A DNA stretch of 64,000 bases from Longimicrobiales bacterium (GTDB lineage: Bacteria; Gemmatimonadota; Gemmatimonadetes; Longimicrobiales; Gaopeijiaceae). Position numbers and translations under genes: made by a program. Under the pieces are notes generated by a model. It was not told the DNA's origin and did no database searches. It worked only from the letters and a program-made list of their open reading frames with translations. The stretch is from positions 160,001-224,000 of the forward strand of contig CBDCNQ010000003.1 of NCBI GenBank assembly GCA_965219445.1. The letters run 5' to 3'. Of this stretch, positions 26,225 through 36,138 are shown piece after piece (position 1 is the stretch's first letter; every line of letters begins with the position of its first letter).

Positions 26225-27793
26225 CTATGAGCCGAACTCGATCCCCTGGGCCAACGGCAGTTCCGTGCTCCAATTGACGGTATTGGTCTGTCGCCGCATG
26301 TAGGCTTTCCAGGCGTCTGAGCCGGACTCCCTCCCCCCACCCGTCTCCTTTTCGCCACCGAACGCGCCACCGATTTCGGCGCCGCTGGTCCCGATGTTCA
26401 CGTTGGCGATACCGCAGTCGCTCCCTCGATGTGATAGGAAATATTCCGCTTCTCTTACGTGTTCCGTGAAAATCCCCGATGAAAGGCCCTGGGGGACATC
26501 GTTGTGGAGCTGCATCGCCTCGGTGAGCTCGTCTACCGATTGCTTCCGGGTTGACGACATTTCACCGTACCCGATGATGTAGAGGATCGGAGCGAACGTC
26601 TCTTCCTGGACGATCGCGAAGCTGTTCTTCGCCGACGCGATGCACGGCCTTACATAATGCCCGCCCGGGAACTTCGGACCCTCCAGCGGCTCGCCCCCAT
26701 ACAGGATCTCCCCGCCCTCGTTCCGAACCCGTTCAATCGCACTCCGCAGGTCTTCGACAGCCCCAGAGTTCACGAGGGGACCCATCAGCGTTTCTGCCTC
26801 CAGAGGATTTCCAACGGGGACACCCTCATAGGCGCGCGTGAGCCGCTCCACCAGCTCTTCCCGGACGGATTCATGAACGATGACTCGGCGTGTGCTCGTG
26901 CATCGTTGTCCCGCCGTTCCCACTGAACCGAACAGAATCGCGGGGAACGCCAGATCGAGATCGGCGTGTGCCGTGACGATGACGGCGTTGTTTCCACCGA
27001 GCTCTAGAATCGTGCGCCCGAGCCGCCTGCCCACGACCTCCCCAACCCGGTATCCCACTCGGCAACTTCCGGTCGCCGACACCAGGGGAATCCTTCGATC
27101 GTGGAGGAGCCGGTCCCCGACCGTCGATCCCCTCCCTACTGCCAGCGAAAAAATGGCCGGGTCGACCCCATTATCTTCGCAAACCCCCTGGGCGATCTTG
27201 GTAACCGCGATGGCCGTCAGAGGCGTTTGGCTGGCCGGCTTCCATAGCACGGAGTCTCCGCATACGCACGCCAATGCCGCATTCCAGCTCCAAACAGACA
27301 CCGGAAAGTTGAAGGAGCTGATCACCGCCACGACCCCCAGCGGGTGCCACTGCTCCATCATGCGGTGGTCCTGCCGTTCGGAGGCGATTGTGAGCCCGTA
27401 CAGCTGACGGGATAGACCCGTGGCGAAGTCACAAATGTCGATCATCTCCTGGACCTCGCCCTCGCCCTCGGCTCTGATCTTCCCCATCTCGAGGGTAACG
27501 AGCGCGCCCAACTCGACCTTGACCTCGCGCAGCCGTTCTCCAATCTGGCGGACCAGGTCTCCACGGCGGGGAGCCGGCACCCCGCGCCAATGCAAGAACG
27601 CCTCGTGAGCGCGGGAGACGGTGGCGTCGTATTCCTCTTCGGTGACCTGCTGCACCGTGGCGAGCTGCGATCCGTCGATCGGGGTCGTGACTGCCAGCTC
27701 GGGGCCGGAGCCCACCCATTCCCCGCAGAATCCCCCGAGGTTGCACTCCTCGATACCCAGGGCGGTCAATATCTCATTCATCGATCTTCCCAT
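26225..27793 (-). CDS. Aldehyde dehydrogenase, ALDH7/aminoadipate-semialdehyde type
   Basis: GEGEVQEMIDICD, LELGGNNA, GTAGQRCT, EETFAPIL, GAEIGGAFGGEKETGGGRESGSD. Confidence 0.93.
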   Translation of the reverse strand: MGRSMNEILTALGIEECNLGGFCGEWVGSGPELAVTTPIDGSQLATVQQVTEEEYDATVSRAHEAFLHWRGVPAPRRGDLVRQIGERLREVKVELGALVTLEMGKIRAEGEGEVQEMIDICDFATGLSRQLYGLTIASERQDHRMMEQWHPLGVVAVISSFNFPVSVWSWNAALACVCGDSVLWKPASQTPLTAIAVTKIAQGVCEDNGVDPAIFSLAVGRGSTVGDRLLHDRRIPLVSATGSCRVGYRVGEVVGRRLGRTILELGGNNAVIVTAHADLDLAFPAILFGSVGTAGQRCTSTRRVIVHESVREELVERLTRAYEGVPVGNPLEAETLMGPLVNSGAVEDLRSAIERVRNEGGEILYGGEPLEGPKFPGGHYVRPCIASAKNSFAIVQEETFAPILYIIGYGEMSSTRKQSVDELTEAMQLHNDVPQGLSSGIFTEHVREAEYFLSHRGSDCGIANVNIGTSGAEIGGAFGGEKETGGGRESGSDAWKAYMRRQTNTVNWSTELPLAQGIEFGS

Positions 27794-27796
27794 GGT

Positions 27797-29182
27797 TCAT
27801 GACGGCTTCACGGCGGGAACTGCAGGCCGGGTCGGCGTTTTCGAGTGTTGTCGTCGCAACAGCGTGGCGTGTCCCCTCACGTCGTGTACGCGCAGAATTT
27901 CGACGCCCTGAGCGGCAAGTGCCTTGCTGATGACGAGCGTTTCGGCATCGCGCTCGGCGCTGGGCTTGTCCGTGACCGCTTCGAGAAAGGACTTCCGGCT
28001 GTGACCGACGAGCAGCGGTATCCCAAGGTCATGGAAACGCTCCACGTGCTCCAGGATATGCCAATTCTGCCCGACGGTTTTTCCAAAACCGATTCCGGGA
28101 TCGAAGATAAGGCGGTGCCGGGCGATTCCTCTGCGTTCGAACTCCCCTAAACGTTCCTGTGCCCAAGCGATCAGGAACTCAACGGCGTCCTGATCTTGTG
28201 GAATGGATTCTCCCTTCACGACCGGGATCGACAGGCTGTGCATGAATACGAGTGGGATATCCGTATCCTTGGCGAGCTCCAGCATCTCGGGATGGCGGAA
28301 CCCGGTAACGTCGTTCAGGATATCCACCCCGATCTCCAGAGCCGATCTCACGGTCGAAGGATTCCGGGAGTCGATACTGATCTGGAAAGGACCTCGAGGT
28401 CCCAACGATCGTAACTCATCCTGAAGCTCCAGCAGGCCCCTCAGCACCGGACCGACCCGTGCCCACTCTGATGTCGGATCGACGGCGCCGCCGTCAGGGC
28501 GTGTGGATTCGGCACCGAGGTCGATGATTCCGGCGCCCTCATCCACGAGTCGCCTTGCGTGCCCCAGGGCGACCTCGGGCTCCATGAAGCGCGCGCCGTC
28601 ACTGAAGCTGTCGGGTGTGACGTTGAGGATTCCCATGAGTGTGGGACAAGTCACCTCGAAGTCGGATTCCGGCGAGTGGACGGCCGGGAGCAGCGCCTTC
28701 CCCACGGACGCCCGGGCCGCGACGCGGCTGGCGTGGGCCTCTATGGTCTCGCCATCGAGAATCGTGCGGGGAATCAGGTCACGCAGAGGCTCCAGGACGA
28801 ACGGACGTTTCAGGATCTCCGGATGTGGAATGGTCAGACCGGCGGATCGTACTTCGTTTCCCGCCCACCAGAGGATGTCTATGTCGATCACTCTCGGGGC
28901 CCATCGCTCATGGCCACGACGTCCCAAAGAGATCTCGATTTCTTGGACGTGTCGCAGCAGGTCGCCGGGCTCGAGAGTCGTCTCTCCGGAGAGAACGCAG
29001 TTCAGATAAGGGAGGTCCCACGCGGCCGGGGCTCCGGAGGGCGTCAGCGCGGGCGACTCATAGATCCGGCTCAATTCCACGTCCTGAAGAGCGGCTCCAC
29101 GCCCCCGAGACAGACGCGAAATAGCCCTCTTCAGATGGATTGCGCGGTTTCCCAGATTGCTGCCGAGGCCGAGGATCACCAT
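27797..29182 (-). CDS. folKP: Fused HPPK-dihydropteroate synthase
   Basis: LGLGSNLG..WAPRVIDIDIL..IPHP (FolK), then MGILNVTPDSFSDG..GAESTRP..DPGIGFGK..GHSRKSF..RVHDV (FolP) in one ORF. Confidence 0.95.
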   Translation of the reverse strand: MVILGLGSNLGNRAIHLKRAISRLSRGRGAALQDVELSRIYESPALTPSGAPAAWDLPYLNCVLSGETTLEPGDLLRHVQEIEISLGRRGHERWAPRVIDIDILWWAGNEVRSAGLTIPHPEILKRPFVLEPLRDLIPRTILDGETIEAHASRVAARASVGKALLPAVHSPESDFEVTCPTLMGILNVTPDSFSDGARFMEPEVALGHARRLVDEGAGIIDLGAESTRPDGGAVDPTSEWARVGPVLRGLLELQDELRSLGPRGPFQISIDSRNPSTVRSALEIGVDILNDVTGFRHPEMLELAKDTDIPLVFMHSLSIPVVKGESIPQDQDAVEFLIAWAQERLGEFERRGIARHRLIFDPGIGFGKTVGQNWHILEHVERFHDLGIPLLVGHSRKSFLEAVTDKPSAERDAETLVISKALAAQGVEILRVHDVRGHATLLRRQHSKTPTRPAVPAVKPS

Positions 29183-29185
29183 TGC

Positions 29186-29548
29186 TCAGTTGCCGATCGT
29201 GAATTCCGCACCTTTGGTGATTTCCGGGATGGGAGGCGAGACCTTGCGAACGGTTACCCGAAGCTCGTGCTCGGACTCCACAATTCCCCTCAGGGAGGTG
29301 AGAATCTCGTTCGCCAGGTGCTCGATCAACGAGAACTCGCGATCCCAAGCCACCTCCTTGATTGCGCCAACCAGCACGTCGTAACCCACAGTGTCCTCGA
29401 GACGATCGGTCACCATCCCTCGAGGAGGAGTCCGAAATCGGATCGTGATGTCGATCTCCACCGGCTGCGGGTCGAGCCGCTCATCCGCCGAGCAACCGAG
29501 CCGAATGGGCAGCGAGATACCCCTGATAATGAGTTCCGGGTGGGACAT
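29186..29548 (-). CDS. folB: Dihydroneopterin aldolase
   Basis: LGCSADERLDPQPV..DRLEDTVGY..FSLIEHLA..VRKVSPPI; adjacent to folKP. Confidence 0.9.
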   Translation of the reverse strand: MSHPELIIRGISLPIRLGCSADERLDPQPVEIDITIRFRTPPRGMVTDRLEDTVGYDVLVGAIKEVAWDREFSLIEHLANEILTSLRGIVESEHELRVTVRKVSPPIPEITKGAEFTIGN

Positions 29549-29629
29549 GTTTCCGCCGCTGGCGCTCCTACCGTCTCGAACGCGCCGCCGACAATGGCTG
29601 CCGGCTATCCAAGGTTTGGGTGAGGTCGG

Positions 29630-29658
29630 ATGGTACCGCGCTCGGGGGAGGGTTACAA
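29630..29658 (-). promoter_or_regulatory. Candidate sigma70 promoter for folB
   Basis: TTGTAA-17 nt-TACCAT on the minus strand ~80 bp upstream of folB. Confidence 0.5.
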
Positions 29659-29748
29659 GGCGGCTACCCCCGCCTCCGGGCACGGCGGCACAGGAACACA
29701 CACAATCGACAGTTGGTACCCCACTCTGTCTGGTCTCGAACCTGTGAG

Positions 29749-29872
29749 CTAGTGTAGTGTCCCAGTGGTCGAGCCGAGCGACCTTCATGTTCGTCGTGAG
29801 CGCCCAGTTGACCGCGAGACGATCGAGAGCAGTGAGATCAATAGTCGAAACACTTCCTCGACACCACACTAG
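29749..29872. repeat. 124-bp MITE-like element with CTAG ends
   Basis: CTAGTGTAGTGTC...GACACCACACTAG (12/13 inverted match). Confidence 0.75.
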
Positions 29873-29923
29873 GTGCTTCGCAGATCCGCCCGAGGCAGGG
29901 GCCCATACAGTGGAGATGTTCAC

Positions 29924-31936
29924 ATGAGGAAGAGCCATTCTTCGCGTCCTCTTTTCGTCGGAGTCTGGATCGCCATGGCCCTTTGCACTCTCCTCGTCGG
30001 GCGGTCAGCAGCTCAGGAGTGGACCGGCGCCGGCCGTCAGCCTGAGTGGACCTTCATCCGCGGCAACGTGGGGAGCCAGCAGTATTCCCCCGTCGACCAG
30101 ATCACCGCTGCAAACTTCGAAGACCTCGAGGTCGCGTGGGAATGGGACGGAGCCAGTTTCGGAAACGTGCTGGCGCGCCCGACCCCGATCTATGTGGATG
30201 GCATGCTGATTACCGTGGCAGGAGAGCGCCGTTACGTGATCGCCATGGACGCCGGCACCGGGGAGACGCTCTGGAGCTTCCGTGAGCCCAGCACCTTCCG
30301 GTGGGAGTACTCCATGCGGAAGAACCACGGTAAGGGCGTTGCCCACGCCAACGTCGACGGCAGGGACATCATATACGTGGTGTCGCCCGGGTTCTTCCTC
30401 CACGCGCTCGACGCGCATACGGGCCAGCCCATCGAGGGCTTCGGCGACCAGATACCGATCGACGGATTCCCCGAGACTGGATCGGTCGACATGCTGGAGG
30501 ACCTGGGCCATCCCTTCGATCCATACGAGGGCATCCCGTTGGAGCTCGGCTACATCACGAGCTCTTCGCCGCCGATCGTGGTAAACGGCGTGATCATCGT
30601 GGGCAACTCCGCGGAGCAGGGTTACAACCAAAGCCGACCAGAAAACGTCCCCGGCGATATCCTGGCGTACGATGCCGGCACGGGTGAGCACCTCTGGAAA
30701 TTCAACGTCCTTCCCGGCCCCGGCGAGTTTGGCCATGACACGTGGGAGAATGATGCGTGGCAATGGACGGGCGATATTTCCTCTTGGGCGCCGCTCTCGG
30801 CCGACCCGGAACGCAACCTCGTATACATCCCGACCAATGGCGCCACACAGGACTTCTGGGGTGGCTTCCGCCCCGGTGATAACCTCTTCAGCACGAGTCT
30901 CATCGCGCTAGATGTCCAAACCGGCGAGCGAAAATGGCATTTTCAGCTGGTTCACCACGACATCTGGAACTACGACACGTCGACGGCACCGGTGCTGTTG
31001 GACGTCACCGTGGACGGTCGGGACATTCCAGCCGTCGTTCAGATTACCAAGCAAGCGTTCGCGTACGCTTTCAACCGGGAGACAGGCGAGCCGGTTTGGC
31101 CCATCGTGGAGCGTCCGGTGCCGGCGTCCCGGATTCCCGGGGAGCAACTGGCGGAGACACAGCCGTTCCCGACCCGGCCGGCTCCGTACGACCTGCAGGG
31201 CCTGGCGGAGGACGAGCTGATCGACTTCACACCTGGGCTCCGGCAGGAGGCGTTGGCGCTCCTCGAGGACTTCGACTACGGCCCCTTCTTCCAGCCTCCG
31301 TTGCACCGAGACAACGATCGCGGAAAGCTGGGAGCGATTTGGTGCCCGGGCGATGTGGGTGGTACGAACATCGATGGGACGCCCGCGGCGGACCCGGAGA
31401 CGGGCATCATCTACGTGACCTCGCAGAAGGGTTGCTCCTCCCGGGAGATCGTTCCCGGCCATGAGCGCGACGCCCGGGTCCCGCAGCCGACCGGCACGAC
31501 GATCAGCGACTACGCCGTCGGACAGGGTTTTAGGACCAACGTTCAAGGCCTCCCGATTTTCAAGCCGCCGTACAGCAGGATCACGGCGATCGACATGAAC
31601 ACGGGTGAGCACCTGTGGTGGATTCCTGTAGGGGATACCCCGAACCGTATTCTCGGGCATCCTGCCCTGCAGGGAGTGGAGATCGGGAACACCGGCAGTG
31701 GCCGGCAAGCCGCCCAACTCGTAACCCCGACCCTGCTGTTCTATACGGGCAACGGCAGCGACGGCACGCCGTACCTCTACGCGGTCAACAAGGCGAGTGG
31801 TGAGCGGCTCGGCCGGGTCGAACTAACGGCCAGCGGCCGTTACGGCATGATGACCTACATGCACGAGGGACGACAGCATATCGTGGTGCAGATCCAGGGT
31901 GGATTGGTGGCGCTAGCCCTTCCTCGACGGCCCTAG
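29924..31936 (+). CDS. PQQ-binding dehydrogenase (quinoprotein glucose dehydrogenase-like), paralog of 13375..15546
   Basis: [55 protein letters not shown]. Confidence 0.9.
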   Translation: MRKSHSSRPLFVGVWIAMALCTLLVGRSAAQEWTGAGRQPEWTFIRGNVGSQQYSPVDQITAANFEDLEVAWEWDGASFGNVLARPTPIYVDGMLITVAGERRYVIAMDAGTGETLWSFREPSTFRWEYSMRKNHGKGVAHANVDGRDIIYVVSPGFFLHALDAHTGQPIEGFGDQIPIDGFPETGSVDMLEDLGHPFDPYEGIPLELGYITSSSPPIVVNGVIIVGNSAEQGYNQSRPENVPGDILAYDAGTGEHLWKFNVLPGPGEFGHDTWENDAWQWTGDISSWAPLSADPERNLVYIPTNGATQDFWGGFRPGDNLFSTSLIALDVQTGERKWHFQLVHHDIWNYDTSTAPVLLDVTVDGRDIPAVVQITKQAFAYAFNRETGEPVWPIVERPVPASRIPGEQLAETQPFPTRPAPYDLQGLAEDELIDFTPGLRQEALALLEDFDYGPFFQPPLHRDNDRGKLGAIWCPGDVGGTNIDGTPAADPETGIIYVTSQKGCSSREIVPGHERDARVPQPTGTTISDYAVGQGFRTNVQGLPIFKPPYSRITAIDMNTGEHLWWIPVGDTPNRILGHPALQGVEIGNTGSGRQAAQLVTPTLLFYTGNGSDGTPYLYAVNKASGERLGRVELTASGRYGMMTYMHEGRQHIVVQIQGGLVALALPRRP

Positions 31937-31964
31937 TGGGGTGTCCCAGAAAACACCACACTAA
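31933..31964. repeat. Internally deleted copy of the CTAG-ended element
   Basis: CTAGTGGGGTGTCCCAGAAAACACCACACTAA; its TAG is the stop codon of the PQQ gene. Confidence 0.65.
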
Positions 31965-32072
31965 CCCGACCTGAGGTTCTCCGCGTAAACCCACCACAGA
32001 TCTTTGTTGCCGTACCCGCCATCCCTCTCGGAATCGAAGTAGAAGATCTGGAAATCGGGGGAGAATGCCGGC

Positions 32073-32273
32073 TACAACGGCCTCCGCGTGGATTTCGAGG
32101 ATCGGATATCCGCGGATGTCCTCTCGGACCTGAGCGGGCGGGGCCACGACCTTTCAGTGGTCCACGGTTGGACGGCGACCTTCGGCGGGGCGCACATGAT
32201 CCGGATCGAGCCGTCTGGGACGATCACCGCCGCGGCGGATCCGCGGCGCGAGGCGTACGCGATAGCCTACTGA
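32073..32273 (+). pseudogene. Gamma-glutamyltransferase C-terminal remnant
   Basis: RGHDL..FGGAHMIRI..AAADPRREAYAIAY* is a typical GGT C-terminus; rest of gene absent. Confidence 0.75.
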
Positions 32274-32882
32274 TCATGCGTGCGCCGGGCACTCCATGAC
32301 GAGGTGTGTATAAGGGATACGCAGGAGATCCGTCCTCACGTGCGGTTTGACGGCCGGGAAAAAGGGTTCCACGAGCTCCAGCCACGCATCCAGCGTTCTC
32401 ACGTGAGAGCCCCGATCCATATCAAGGAGCCTTTTTGTGATGCGTGACTGATCCTCTGTGTAACAGCCGTCCAACGTGACCAGGCGGCCGGAGGGTTTTA
32501 GGTTCCGCGCAGCCAGGCTCAGGAATTCCGATACCTGGGCGTCATCCAGGTGGTGGAGCAGACCGTTCGCCAGAATGAGGTCATAGTGCGCCTCCTCATT
32601 CATCGTCTCGGCATTGACCGGCCCGAGCCGAAACGTACCCCGCTCACCGAAGCGCGCCCGGGCCGAGGCGATGTAGCTCTCGTCCATGTCGATTCCCACA
32701 TATTCGACACCGGGAAGATAGGCGACGAGGTCACCGGGCCCGCATCCGCAATCGAGGACGCGGTCGGCGGGCTTCGGCCGAACGTACTCCGCGATGCATT
32801 CGACTCTGAGGCGATGGACTCCGACGAGATTTTGGAAGAGGCGGTAGGCTGCCGGAAGAGAAAGAATCGAGCGCAAATTCAT
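32274..32882 (-). CDS. Class I SAM-dependent methyltransferase
   Basis: VLDCGCGPG, GLLHHLDD, LKPSGRLVTLD; ATGA overlap with upstream gene. Confidence 0.88.
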   Translation of the reverse strand: MNLRSILSLPAAYRLFQNLVGVHRLRVECIAEYVRPKPADRVLDCGCGPGDLVAYLPGVEYVGIDMDESYIASARARFGERGTFRLGPVNAETMNEEAHYDLILANGLLHHLDDAQVSEFLSLAARNLKPSGRLVTLDGCYTEDQSRITKRLLDMDRGSHVRTLDAWLELVEPFFPAVKPHVRTDLLRIPYTHLVMECPAHA

Positions 32883-34495
32883 GATGGACAATTGGCAGCT
32901 CCGCTGCGGATGAGCACCAGAACGATCACATAGCGACCGTCCCGGAATTCCCGAACGATCTCCGAGGAGAGATTCGGGCTTTCGGCGGCGAATCGGATCA
33001 GTCCCCGAATCTTCTCCCCCCCAGACCACGGGTAGTTGAACAGCGTGTACACGCAGGGCGGGAACGACTCACCACGGATCAACTCGGCCAGCGACTCGAC
33101 AGAAAAATTATGACCGTTCGAGAGCGGGGCACTCGTGTATCCGAGTTCTGGATAGCTGAACAAATAGTGTTCGTAGTGGCCGTAGTAGACCGGTGTGCCT
33201 TCCGGAAGCGTCTCGAGAAACCGGACGGCTTCCATCTGGATGGCCTGGAGCCGGCGGTACGCGTTCGAGCGCTCCGTCAGCGGGGGGTCGTTGCCGGGCC
33301 CCTCGGTGTCGATGTCCATCGGGTACAGGACCCCGTTCCCGTTGAGTGCAAAAAAGCCACACAGCGCTGCGAAGCACACCGCGGCTGGAGAACGCAGTCG
33401 TGAGGCGCCGAGATGCTGGGCGACGTACCCGGTCCACATGAGGAGAAAGGGTAGGATCACGACGTAGTAGCGCGGCAGGATAATTGTGAAGCCGAATCCG
33501 ATCGGTAGTACAACGAAAAACACGAGCAGGAAGAACAGTATCATGATCCCGCTGTAGCCGAGGACCCGTCGAGCTTGCCGATCCTCGCTGTCCCTCTCTA
33601 GCGGCTCCTCCACGAGTACTCGGACCAGGTCCGTACCAAAGAAGGCCGCAGCGGCGAGGAACACGAGAATGAGAGTCAGCAGGTCCGGTACGTTGAAGAG
33701 GAAGCGGTCGAGGTAATGCCAGAACCCACCGAATGTGTTCGAGAAGGTGGAGGCGAGTGTCGGTCCGGTCGATCCACCCCCAGACCATTGCGCTAGCGAC
33801 CAGATGGTCACGGTCCACAGAAGAGGGAACACCGAGAGGAGCCCCACCCGTTTCAAGCGGACGGATAGAGGTCGGTTCTCGATCACGGTGGCCGCTGCCA
33901 GCGTCGCGGGGACGATGATGCCCGCTTCCTTCGTCGCATAAGCCAACGCAGACCAGAGGACTGCACCCCTGAAACGCTTGTTCGTGAAGGCGTGGAGGGC
34001 GGCGACGGCACACAGGAAGAGCGGGACCTCCATATAGAGGAAGCCGACCTGCGCAGAAAAGACCGGATAAAGGAGCACGCTCAGGCAGAGGAAAAAGGTG
34101 CCCAGGCCCCCGAAGAGGGGCCGGGCCAGCCGGAACAGGAGGACCAGCGCCAGCGCAGCCATGGCAAAGTGAAGGAGGTGCAATATGACGAAGGCTCTCT
34201 CACCACCCCCCGACACCTTGAGAACGACTGCCGTCGCGAACGTGACCGGAGAGGTACCGTGGGTGTTGGGGCCGCCCTCGAAGTAATCCGGCATCCCGAG
34301 CAACTCGACCACGTCGAAGCCATTGTCGGCCAGGGTGATCGCCGCGGGAAACAACCCCATCGCCGTATCCCACACAGGGGGTCGGGCCACCGTGTCCCAC
34401 TTCAGAGCCAGAATGAGCGAGAGCGCCACGAGAAACTGTGCGCCGGACCTCTTCTCCAGGAGGCGCTGGGCCGAGGTCAGCCGCTTCATACCCAT
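32879..34495 (-). CDS. Polytopic membrane protein, GT-C/ArnT-like glycosyltransferase
   Basis: Many TM helices, PPVWD N-terminal loop, YMEVP, ATKEAG, PRYYVVILPF. Confidence 0.65.
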   Translation of the reverse strand: MGMKRLTSAQRLLEKRSGAQFLVALSLILALKWDTVARPPVWDTAMGLFPAAITLADNGFDVVELLGMPDYFEGGPNTHGTSPVTFATAVVLKVSGGGERAFVILHLLHFAMAALALVLLFRLARPLFGGLGTFFLCLSVLLYPVFSAQVGFLYMEVPLFLCAVAALHAFTNKRFRGAVLWSALAYATKEAGIIVPATLAAATVIENRPLSVRLKRVGLLSVFPLLWTVTIWSLAQWSGGGSTGPTLASTFSNTFGGFWHYLDRFLFNVPDLLTLILVFLAAAAFFGTDLVRVLVEEPLERDSEDRQARRVLGYSGIMILFFLLVFFVVLPIGFGFTIILPRYYVVILPFLLMWTGYVAQHLGASRLRSPAAVCFAALCGFFALNGNGVLYPMDIDTEGPGNDPPLTERSNAYRRLQAIQMEAVRFLETLPEGTPVYYGHYEHYLFSYPELGYTSAPLSNGHNFSVESLAELIRGESFPPCVYTLFNYPWSGGEKIRGLIRFAAESPNLSSEIVREFRDGRYVIVLVLIRSGAANCPS

Positions 34496-34539
34496 CTCGG
34501 AGCCGAGGCCGCTATGCAGAAGTCCGCTCCGAAAAACCC

Positions 34540-35937
34540 CTACTCCTCGGCAGCTGCCCTGGCTTCACCGACGGCACCCCGCGCGGCAGGGTTCCAAAGC
34601 ATACCAAACGCGAGCCATCCCAGACCTCCCACGATCAAGGCCACGATCAACCACCCGAGCAGAGCAAGAAAGAAGCTCGCGCTCAGCGCTGGCCACTGGA
34701 TCTGGTACTGGCTGAAGACCACCGCGCGCTCCGCCATCCAATGCCAACCGGTGTGGGCCACGAGCACCGAGAGGATGATCGTCCCCATGCGCTCCGCGAG
34801 CACGTAGCGAAAAAGGAACTCGAGCACGGGGATACACAGCACGAGGACCAGCAGCTGTCCGAGTTCGACCCCGACGTTGAACGCCAACAGGGACGTCAGT
34901 AAGTGGCCTCCCGCGAACTGAAGCGATTCGCGGAGCGCGAACGAGAACCCGAAGCCATGAACGAGCCCGAACGCGAATGTGATGATCCAGCGTCGCCGTA
35001 CGTTGGCTCCCACCACGTTTTCGAGCGCCATATACAGGATCGAAGCCGCGATCACCGTCTCCACGAGCGGCGGGAACCAGAGCCCACCCGGAGCGAAGCC
35101 GTACGCGGATGCGATCAGGGTAAAGGAGTGCGCCACCGTGAAGGCCGTCACGATCGGAACCAGCGCGTTGAACCGCCGGAACGGGATTACCAGACAGAGA
35201 AGGAAGAGCAGGTGGTCGATTCCATCCAGGATGTGGAGGAAACCGGACACTACGAACCGAAGGGCCGCCTGATGCCATCGCGGATCGAGGGTGACGAGTC
35301 CCGGATCACCAACAAATTGGAACGCGCGCACGACCCCGTTGGGCGGCATGAATCGGAGAACCGTTTGCACCCGGGAGGCGAGCCGCTCGAGTCCTGGACG
35401 GATGGAAAACTCCGACGTCTCAGACTGAATTGGATATTCGAAGAGTACGTCGAGCATCGCCTGTTGCCATATCAGTTCGATGTCGTTGGGGAGCTTGGGG
35501 GCGAAGACGTGCTCCAGAGCCGTGTCATACTCCCGGAACGACGGATCGGACGGAATCGACACCCTGATGGCGGCGATCTCCGGAAAAGGCAGTTGGGTCC
35601 CGTCCTCGAACAACTGCAACGGCTGTGCGATCCACAGCACGGCGCCTTCTTCGAGTTCCGGATCCGCCTCGTCGATTTCCAGGTATCCTGGGCCGCGCGT
35701 CGGGAAGTTGATGTCCTGCATCGCGGTCAGTGGCACCCGAAGGAGTAACCGAAGCGTTTGTCCCTCGGGCTTGAGGAACGCCTGAACCGTCACATCGGCC
35801 GGCGTCTCGTGGGCCGGAGCGCCCAGAGGGAGTGCCACGATCAGCGTCGCTACTATCGTGATCGCGGCGGTTAAGTAGACGACTCTACGCTTACTTCCGA
35901 GCTTACTTCCGAACACTGGCATCTTCTCCCGAACCAT
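34540..35937 (-). CDS. HupE/UreJ-family membrane protein with periplasmic N-terminal domain
   Basis: AHE after signal; GFLHILDGIDHLLFL, TAFTVAHSFTL, FGLVHGFGF, FNVGVELGQ. Start uncertain. Confidence 0.88.
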   Translation of the reverse strand: MVREKMPVFGSKLGSKRRVVYLTAAITIVATLIVALPLGAPAHETPADVTVQAFLKPEGQTLRLLLRVPLTAMQDINFPTRGPGYLEIDEADPELEEGAVLWIAQPLQLFEDGTQLPFPEIAAIRVSIPSDPSFREYDTALEHVFAPKLPNDIELIWQQAMLDVLFEYPIQSETSEFSIRPGLERLASRVQTVLRFMPPNGVVRAFQFVGDPGLVTLDPRWHQAALRFVVSGFLHILDGIDHLLFLLCLVIPFRRFNALVPIVTAFTVAHSFTLIASAYGFAPGGLWFPPLVETVIAASILYMALENVVGANVRRRWIITFAFGLVHGFGFSFALRESLQFAGGHLLTSLLAFNVGVELGQLLVLVLCIPVLEFLFRYVLAERMGTIILSVLVAHTGWHWMAERAVVFSQYQIQWPALSASFFLALLGWLIVALIVGGLGWLAFGMLWNPAARGAVGEARAAAEE

Positions 35938-36138
35938 AACAGTGGCAGCTTTTTTCCCCGATGCACTTGCGGAACCAACATACAGCAACTTAGATGGGGT
36001 AGCGACCGAGACCCGAATCACTCGGTCACGTCGGGATGGTCTAGTAGGCCGACTTTTCTCAGGTCGGTCTCGGGATCGGTCTGCGGGTGATCCACCGCGA
36101 CCCCGACGGGGCACCTGTATAAAGACGGAGGACAGTCG

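Noticed and set aside
29549..29625. THF or ZTP riboswitch upstream of folB
   Set aside because: The leader is GC-rich but I could not match the conserved motifs; an Rfam scan is needed.
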